A stretch of 43,285 nt of DNA from Octopus bimaculoides (Eukaryota), in the NCBI RefSeq assembly GCF_001194135.2, contig NC_068994.1, positions 57,134,265 through 57,177,549 on the forward strand, in the 5' to 3' direction. Positions within the stretch are counted from its first letter, which is position 1. Each line of letters begins with the position of its first letter. A program made the position numbers and the translations under genes. Positions 35,971 to 43,285 of the stretch are shown one piece after another. Below the pieces are notes generated by a model. The model searched no databases. It was not told the DNA's origin and saw nothing but the letters and a program-made list of their open reading frames with translations.

Positions 35971-36084
35971 TGGTGCAGAAAAAATACCAGAAGGGACTGT
36001 CCGTAAAATTTCTAAGACTGGAAGATGATAAAGTAAAAAGCTTCGGTCCCAAATGGAACAGAAGTGAGCGATCAAGGGAAGAAT
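35971..36084 (+). CDS. Candidate exon (114 nt, phase 1 to 1) VQKKYQKGLSVKFLRLEDDKVKSFGPKWNRSERSREE
   Basis: Acceptor TACTACTGTTCAG, donor GTAAGT, purine-rich open frame with a hydrophilic, protein-like composition. Confidence 0.4.
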
Positions 36085-36831
36085 GTAAGTTCATTGTGAT
36101 CATCGATATACAAAAACAGCGATAGTTTTCTCGACAGAGCGACAGGTTGATATGTAAGTAGGAATGCATGCACGACAGTTTGACTGTTCAACTTTTTCCG
36201 GTTATTGGTAACCATAATAGGTTTCCTCCGCTGCGTGATCACCCGGATGCTATGCGATCTGAGGGAAGCTATGACGTAAGATAAAAAGCACATTAATAAT
36301 GAGAGTAAGGAACAGGCGTTGGAATTTGGTATTCCCTTATTACATCCGTTACATACGTTTCAGTGTTCGGTAATACATGATGTCACAAATATGCAAATAC
36401 CAATTTTTAAATACCCGGGAGGTACAAGACCAGTGGAAGGGCGGGTAGGAGAACGGGAGAGGGGATTATGTATGCTGCCCTTTTGAGGTACACCTAAGGA
36501 TTGCAATTATAGCGTGACATCATGTACAATCAAATAATAAAAAATATATATATAGATCAAATATAGGCACATTGACTTCCAGCCCTTGCACTCTTCATTC
36601 ATCATTTATAGTTTCCTAATATATTCATTGATTCATCATTTACAGAATATACATATGAGTATACAGCGAATCATATACATGCCCCTATGTGTATAAATAT
36701 ATGAATGAATTTTTACATAGATGTATAGAAAGATTGTATATAGATAAATGTATAAATTGGTATGTTTAAAAGCAGCAGAAAAGATAAAGAATCACCGAAC
36801 ATCATTAATATATGAGTATATGCACGTGATC

Positions 36832-36856
36832 ATATATGTGTGTGTATGTGTATGTC

Positions 36857-36896
<40 letters not shown>

Positions 36897-36990
36897 TGTG
36901 TGTGCGTGTGTCTGTGTGTATTTCTCTCTGTGTGTATTCNNNNNNNNNNCTTAAGTATACCCATCTAAAAACACAAGACACACGGGACAC

Positions 36991-37030
<40 letters not shown>

Positions 37031-37425
37031 ACATATATGTGTGTGTGTGTGAGTGTGTCTGTGTATGTATATATACATGTATATATCACATGTACACACA
37101 CACACAAACATATATATATATATAAGCAAGCATGTCTAGCACACACTCGACCATTAGTAGATAATTTCTCATATGCGAATCATAAACATAGAGAGAAAAC
37201 AATGTTAAAAGGTATATGTTGCGTCGTAGAGGCTACAAAGATGACGTATTCAATTTCCAGAGACAGAAAAAATAATAGAAATGTTATAAAAATAGTGATA
37301 AGAGAAAAGATTTCTTACGTAAGAATAGATTTTGTTTATTCTTTTTTCTTTTCGATCAGTTCAATATTAGTGCTATACCGAACAACTACTGTGTCAGCTT
37401 GTTTTTTTGTATGTCAACACATAGA

Positions 37426-37478
<53 letters not shown>
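36832..37478. repeat. (TG)n, (TA)n, (CT)n microsatellites flanking gaps
   Basis: Direct reading. Confidence 0.85.
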
Positions 37479-38371
37479 NNNNNNNNNNNNNNNNNNNNNN
37501 NNNNNNNNNNNNNNNNNNNNNNNNNNNNNNNNNNNNNNNNNNNNNNNNNNNNNNNNNNNNNNNNNNNNNNNNNNNNNNNNNNNNNNNNNNNNNNNNNNNN
37601 NNNNNNNNNNNNNNNNNNNNNNNNNNNNNNNNNNNNNNNNNNNNNNNNNNNNNNNNNNNNNNNNNNNNNNNNNNNNNNNNNNNNNNNNNNNNNNNNNNNN
37701 NNNNNNNNNNNNNNNNNNNNNNNNNNNNNNNNNNNNNNNNNNNNNNNNNNNNNNNNNNNNNNNNNNNNNNNNNNNNNNNNNNNNNNNNNNNNNNNNNNNN
37801 NNNNNNNNNNNNNNNNNNNNNNNNNNNNNNNNNNNNNNNNNNNNNNNNNNNNNNNNNNNNNNNNNNNNNNNNNNNNNNNNNNNNNNNNNNNNNNNNNNNN
37901 NNNNNNNNNNNNNNNNNNNNNNNNNNNNNNNNNNNNNNNNNNNNNNNNNNNNNNNNNNNNNNNNNNNNNNNNNNNNNNNNNNNNNNNNNNNNNNNNNNNN
38001 NNNNNNNNNNNNNNNNNNNNNNNNNNNNNNNNNNNNNNNNNNNNNNNNNNNNNNNNNNNNNNNNNNNNNNNNNNNNNNNNNNNNNNNNNNNNNNNNNNNN
38101 NNNNNNNNNNNNNNNNNNNNNNNNNNNNNNNNNNNNNNNNNNNNNNNNNNNNNNNNNNNNNNNNNNNNNNNNNNNNNNNNNNNNNNNNNNNNNNNNNNNN
38201 NNNNNNNNNNNNNNNNNNNNNNNNNNNNNNNNNNNNNNNNNNNNNNNNNNNNNNNNNNNNNNNNNNNNNNNNNNNNNNNNNNNNNNNNNNNNNNNNNNNN
38301 NNNNNNNNNNNNNNNNNNNNNNNNNNNNNNNNNNNNNNNNNNNNNNNNNNNNNNNNNNNNNNNNNNNNNNN

Positions 38372-38406
<35 letters not shown>

Positions 38407-39149
38407 CTTATGAATGTATGCATATATTCTACCTACATAAGTGCGTTTGTGCGTGTACATATATGCAGGAACGAACGTATATCTATTTGCTATGAAGTGT
38501 GTGAGCCGCCTGAATTAAACATTAGATAATGTCTTTATTATAACTATTACATAACGTTCACTCCACCGTACTCTTGTCGTTATCGATTGCTTCATATTCC
38601 CTCCATGTTTTCTCTTGTTTGTTTGTTTGTTTCTGTCTTTTTTTTTGTTGGTTATTTTTCTGTTTTTGTATTTCGATTTTCTTTTCTTTTCTACCTGTAT
38701 TGCTGCCATAGAAACTAATAAATTGAAAACTAAAACAAGACAAATTGATATAGAGATAAGATAGCGCAACATAAGGATATTGCGAAAGGAATGGAGATTG
38801 TAATGGGCGTGCGGATCTGTGCGTATGTATATACACAATTATGTCTATATCTGTGTGTTTCTGTGTACTAATGCGTACGTGTGTGAGTGTATTTATGCAT
38901 GTAAAGCTGGGGTGTGTTTGTTGACATACACTTTTAAACAGAAGGCTAGAGTGCGTTAATATCTAGTAAAAGAAACGGATTGATTTAGATTCACGGCAAT
39001 AGAAAGTAGTGTCGAAGCGATTAAAGGAGGAACAGACATATTGTAGCTACGTTTAAAAAGCGTGCATGCGCCATTCATTCATTCTCTGATGCAAGTTAGC
39101 AGTTCGCTTGCTTTGTGATGCTTACGATCGCTAAAGCCTGCTGTGCCTT

Positions 39150-39196
39150 GTCGCCATAGAAACGGTCGAAGGTGTACACGTGACATGATTGGCAAC
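39150..39196. promoter_or_regulatory. Motif cluster: RFX X-box, E-box, reverse CCAAT
   Basis: GTCGCCATAGAAAC (39150-63) fits GTHNYYATRRNAAC. CACGTG lies at 39177-82 and ATTGG at 39188-92. Confidence 0.25.
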
Positions 39197-40239
39197 TGAT
39201 ATATCTGCTAATGAACTAGAACGTGGAGGATAACTTTAAGGAACTAATCAAGCCAGTGGCAGTTGCTTTCAGGACGAATTTGAAAGAGAGAAAAGAGGGG
39301 GAGAAGGATTGGGAGGGAGAAAATATTAAAAGAAGCGAGGGAGAGCAAGAGTGATATATATATATATATATANNNNNNNNNNNNNNNNNNNNNNNNNNNN
39401 NNNNNNNNNNNNNNNNNNNNNNNNNNNNNNNNNNNNNNNNNNNNNNNNNNNNNNNNNNNNNNNNNNNNNNNNNNNNNNNNNNNNNNNNNNNNNNNNNNNN
39501 NNNNNNNNNNNNNNNNNNNNNNNNNNNNNNNNNNNNNNNNNNNNNNNNNNNNNNNNNNNNNNNNNNNNNNNNNNNNNNNNNNNNNNNNNNNNNNNNNNNN
39601 NNNNNNNNNNNNNNNNNNNNNNNNNNNNNNNNNNNNNNNNNNNNNNNNNNNNNNNNNNNNNNNNNNNNNNNNNNNNNNNNNNNNNNNNNNNNNNNNNNNN
39701 NNNNNNNNNNNNNNNNNNNNNNNNNNNNNNNNNNNNNNNNNNNNNNNNNNNNNNNNNNNNNNNNNNNNNNNNNNNNNNNNNNNNNNNNNNNNNNNNNNNN
39801 NNNNNNNNNNNNNNNNNNNNNNNNNNNNNNNNNNNNNNNNNNNNNNNNNNNNNNNNNNNNNNNNNNNNNNNNNNNNNNNNNNNNNNNNNNNNNNNNNNNN
39901 NNNNNNNNNNNNNNNNNNNNNNNNNNNNNNNNNNNNNNNNNNNNNNNNNNNNNNNNNNNNNNNNNNNNNNNTAAGGGAGAGGCAGAGAAAGGGGGTAGTA
40001 GGAGAGCGAGTTAAATGTGTAAAAGGTTGAGAAAATGTCACATTGGGTGCCGTGAAAAGAAAATATGTTTCGAATGGAAAAAAAAATATGAGCGACTTAC
40101 ATCCTTAAATTGAAAAGACATACGAAGAAGTGGGGGGAAGTGGTGGCGGGAAAACATATGTAGGAGTGTATGCGTGTACGTTTGTGTGTGTGTGCGTGTG
40201 TCTGTGTGTTTGCGTGTGTGGCAGTGCGCGTATGTGTAA

Positions 40240-40760
40240 GTGTTTGTATTGAGAGAGGAAAACGAATATAAGAAAAGAAAGGAGATATGAGAAAGAAATG
40301 ATATAAAACTAGAGAGGAAAAGAGATGTGAAACATAAATATATTATGAGGATAGGAAGAGGTGTGGAGGAAAAAGAAAAGTAGATAGAGTGTACATGATG
40401 CGGGGATGTGAAAGGTGAGATAGTATTAAGAAGAAAGATGGAGAGAGCTAAACAGATAGTAGGAAGTGTTTGAGAAGAGAGACGAAGAGGAAGAAAGAAA
40501 GAAAACAAATTGGTAAATTGGGTAAAAGTGAGAAACACGGGAGAGTTAGAAATGTTTGTGAGGGCATATATAGAGAGAGAGATAGTTAGATTGATAAATA
40601 GATAGAGAGAGAGAGAGAGAAGGAGGGAGAGAGAGAGAGAGAAGGAGGGAGAGAGAGAGAGAGAGAGGCAGAGACAGAAACAGAGGGGGAGAGAGGGAAG
40701 GGAAAGAGATAGGTAGATAGATAGATAGCTAGATAGATAGATAGATAGATAGATAGATAT
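40240..40760. repeat. Purine-rich low-complexity, (GA)n and (TAGA)n region
   Basis: Direct reading. Confidence 0.85.
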
Positions 40761-42251
40761 GATGGAGGGCAGCTAAAAGCCTGACGGTAAGTGAAGGGAT
40801 TTATAAGGAAACAGAGTGGCAAGTACTGAAGAAAAGCTAATATAAAGAAAAAAAGACCCCAAAATTATATGAATGCGAGAATAGTAGAAGAGCCGAGTAA
40901 ACGAGTGATAAAGGATAGAATTGAGAAGGGAAAAAAGAAGGAAAATGTATTTGAAGAGTCTGTAGAATAAAGTAATTATAGAAAGCAATACACATGGTTA
41001 CACAGGTAAATGCACCTATACAAAAACACATGCACGCACTCACGTATATGAACATGTATTTAAAAAGGCGCGCGTGTGTGTGTGTGTGTGTGAGAGTGCA
41101 TGCACATGCACAGATATATGTATATAAACGATTAACCACATGTGTAACAACAAAAGAGTTGCCCTCAATAACATTAAAACAGGGGAATATATTTAGTATA
41201 TTATACAAACTTGGAACACTCGTATGCTGGGAAACGCTAAGTACTGTAAATGAGTGTTCCGTTTGTTTATTTCACTCACACACATACACATACACACACA
41301 TATACACGTAGACATACATACACACACACAGGTGCATAGAAGAGATAGATGCCTTGATGATTGTTTTACAACCTGGCCGAAATCTGTAGAGAATTTGGAA
41401 GTGCTCAGTAATCACGGGTAGAATCTGTATCCAGCTTTGTGAATTTCAGAGATATCATGACCTGAACATTGCCAACCAACACCCACAAAGTGTTATATTC
41501 CATACAGTCTTGCTAGAAAAATTTGTGCCATTTTTTGATGAAGGAAATACCAGATGCAAACGTCGCAGAAAACTCTAAGAATTTCTAATCGAAGAAAAAT
41601 ATCAATCTTTATTTATAGAAAATGGTATACAACGTGCTAAAAAAAATACCTAAAGAACAATTGAGAACAACGTATGAAAGAAGAATACAAGAATAAAATA
41701 TCACACCATTTGTAGATGCACGCAACCCATGTCACCAAAATATATTTAACATCATCAAATTAAATGTCTATTATCAAAGTTACGAAATAAAAGGTTGTTG
41801 GCAACGGCAAAATTTGACTATAACAAGGATAGTGACAAATGATGCGATACATATCAGTTTATATATCCCGGTCAGTATATTGACACAAACGCCGGAAGAA
41901 TATTAACAAATGCAAATATGACCTATAAGAGTATAAATCTTATTCAATGCAAGAAATGTTTGAAATGTGAAAGGATACATATTCGCCAGAGAGGAAACAA
42001 ATTATAGGAAACGCTCACAAGTATATTGACAACAAATTTGGCACCTTGTGTATTTGTTTCCAGCTCGAAACACGCATTCAACGAAAAACGTACCTTCTTC
42101 AATGGTTAGCCTGTCGACATGCTGTAGGGTACACAATGACTGAGGGACAATGGCTGGCACCCAGCCACCCACCCACGCAGAGATGGCTAAATTGCGCATG
42201 CGCTGGATTAAAAAATTCACCGCTGAGAGACTTTTTGAACACCGTGTATAT

Positions 42252-42490
42252 GAAGGCGCATGGCTTAGTGGATAAGGTATTAGACCCATGATAATTAAAT
42301 TGTGGTTTCGACTCCTGAACCGGGCGACGCATTGTGTTCTTGTACAAAACACTTCATTTCACGTTGCTCCAGTCCGCTCAGCTGGCAAAAAGGAACAATA
42401 CTTCGGAGTCCCGTCCAGATGGAGAATTTGTACACCATGCAAACTGAGAAACCGGCCTTCATAAGCCTGGCATGACTCGAGAAGCTAACT
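42252..42490 (+). mobile_element. Family B CORE-type SINE
   Basis: GGCGCATGGCTTAGTGG box A and GTTTCGACTCC box B. CORE TTGTGTTCTTGTACAAAACACTTCATTTCACGTTGCTCCAG, then a 3' end GTCCCGTCCAG...GAAACCGGCCTTCATAAGCCTGGCATGACTCGAGAAG. Confidence 0.85.
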
Positions 42491-42494
42491 CTGC

Positions 42495-43120
42495 CTGTTA
42501 ATACATTTATAATGGTAGGTATCATTTCTGTTTTTAGGCGCCACATTCGAGTTATCTTTATTTCCAGATCTTTGTAGTTTGAGAGAATCTCCGTTTCTTT
42601 TGGAGATACATTGTTCTCTGTTGGGATTGATACGCCATGTGGAAGTCAGTTTTTTTCCATGATGATCACTGACAACTATGTCCGTTATATTATTTAGCCT
42701 TGACTCTTCTATCTGTATGTATTAGCATATTCCAGTATATGGTTGCCTTGTCATTTTCTGGGGCCTTTTCTGGGCCTTAGCTATATCATCTTTTTCCTGT
42801 TGTCATTCCATAGTGTTAGCATAGCTTCTGGTGTACATATAGGTGCCAACACTGTCATTCCTTAGGATATATTCCTTCATAACCACGACTTCCCCATCAA
42901 CAGGTATTCTGAAGTTACTTGCTGTATTTTTCTTTGTGTTTCTGGTGGTTTCATCTGGTGAGGCCTCAATTAAGAATCCTAGGCCACAACTGAGAACCCT
43001 TTAGTCTCTGCTTTGTGTCCTCCTCAGATTCACAACCATTGTTGGGATTTTACATTCTCCATTTCTTTTCTGCTAAGCTTATCCCAGTATTTGCCATGTA
43101 AGGGCTTTTCTTGGTCTCAT
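42495..43120 (-). mobile_element. Decayed R4/Dong-like RLE non-LTR retrotransposon fragment
   Basis: Minus-strand pieces: QEKPLHGKYW..SQQWL..KAETKGF, KEYILRNDSVGTYM..KLC*HYG, ENDKATIYWNMLIHTDRRVKA..DIVV and VSIPTENNVSPKETEILSNYKDLEIKITRMWRLKTEMIPTII. Confidence 0.85.
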
Positions 43121-43139
43121 TTTATTATGGAATTTTATT

Positions 43140-43167
43140 ACTGTTACTACTACGACTACTACTACTG

Positions 43168-43212
<45 letters not shown>

Positions 43213-43224
43213 ACATTATTTTCC

Positions 43225-43285
<61 letters not shown>
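43140..43285. repeat. (ACT)n then (TTA)n, 5' flank of the minus-strand RLE element
   Basis: Direct reading. Confidence 0.95.

Larger units (their letters stand above)
2180..39971. other. Ten assembly gaps: 2180-2379, 2707-3155, 8910-8919, 11104-11930, 18668-18889, 20587-21227, 24908-25024, 36940-36949, 37479-38370, 39373-39971
   Basis: Runs of N, mostly bordered by microsatellites. They could hide exons or parts of elements. Confidence 0.95.

Noticed and set aside
91-41311. Most ORFs in the provided track (poly-I, YIYI, CVCV, THTH, LSIY, poly-X)
   Set aside because: They are translations of microsatellites or N-gaps, not genes.
1-43285. CRISPR arrays, bacterial operons, rRNA genes
   Set aside because: There is no repeat-spacer structure, long ORF or rRNA similarity. 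The window is eukaryotic non-coding-type DNA.

Overview
This is eukaryotic, AT-rich, microsatellite-saturated genomic DNA from a short-read scaffold with ten N-gaps, most bordered by simple repeats. The repeat content (tRNA-derived CORE-type and other SINEs, RLE-type LINE remnants, abundant (TA)n, (TG)n, (TAGA)n and (AAT)n) resembles an Octopus genome as I recall it; this is an inference, not checked. There are no prokaryotic genes, CRISPR arrays or rRNA/tRNA genes, and most ORFs in the track are artefacts of microsatellites or gaps. Supported content: about 16 SINE copies or fragments, three decayed 3' fragments of R4/Dong-like RLE non-LTR retrotransposons lying next to microsatellites, and weak evidence for a multi-exon + strand gene that I cannot identify. 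The best finding is an apparently intact minimal type I hammerhead ribozyme at 24618-24662 (+). It has a full catalytic core, a GUC cleavage site and a palindromic stem III. It sits directly after the tRNA+CORE head of a SINE and is followed by a degenerate second copy, suggesting a SINE/retrozyme-like chimera.
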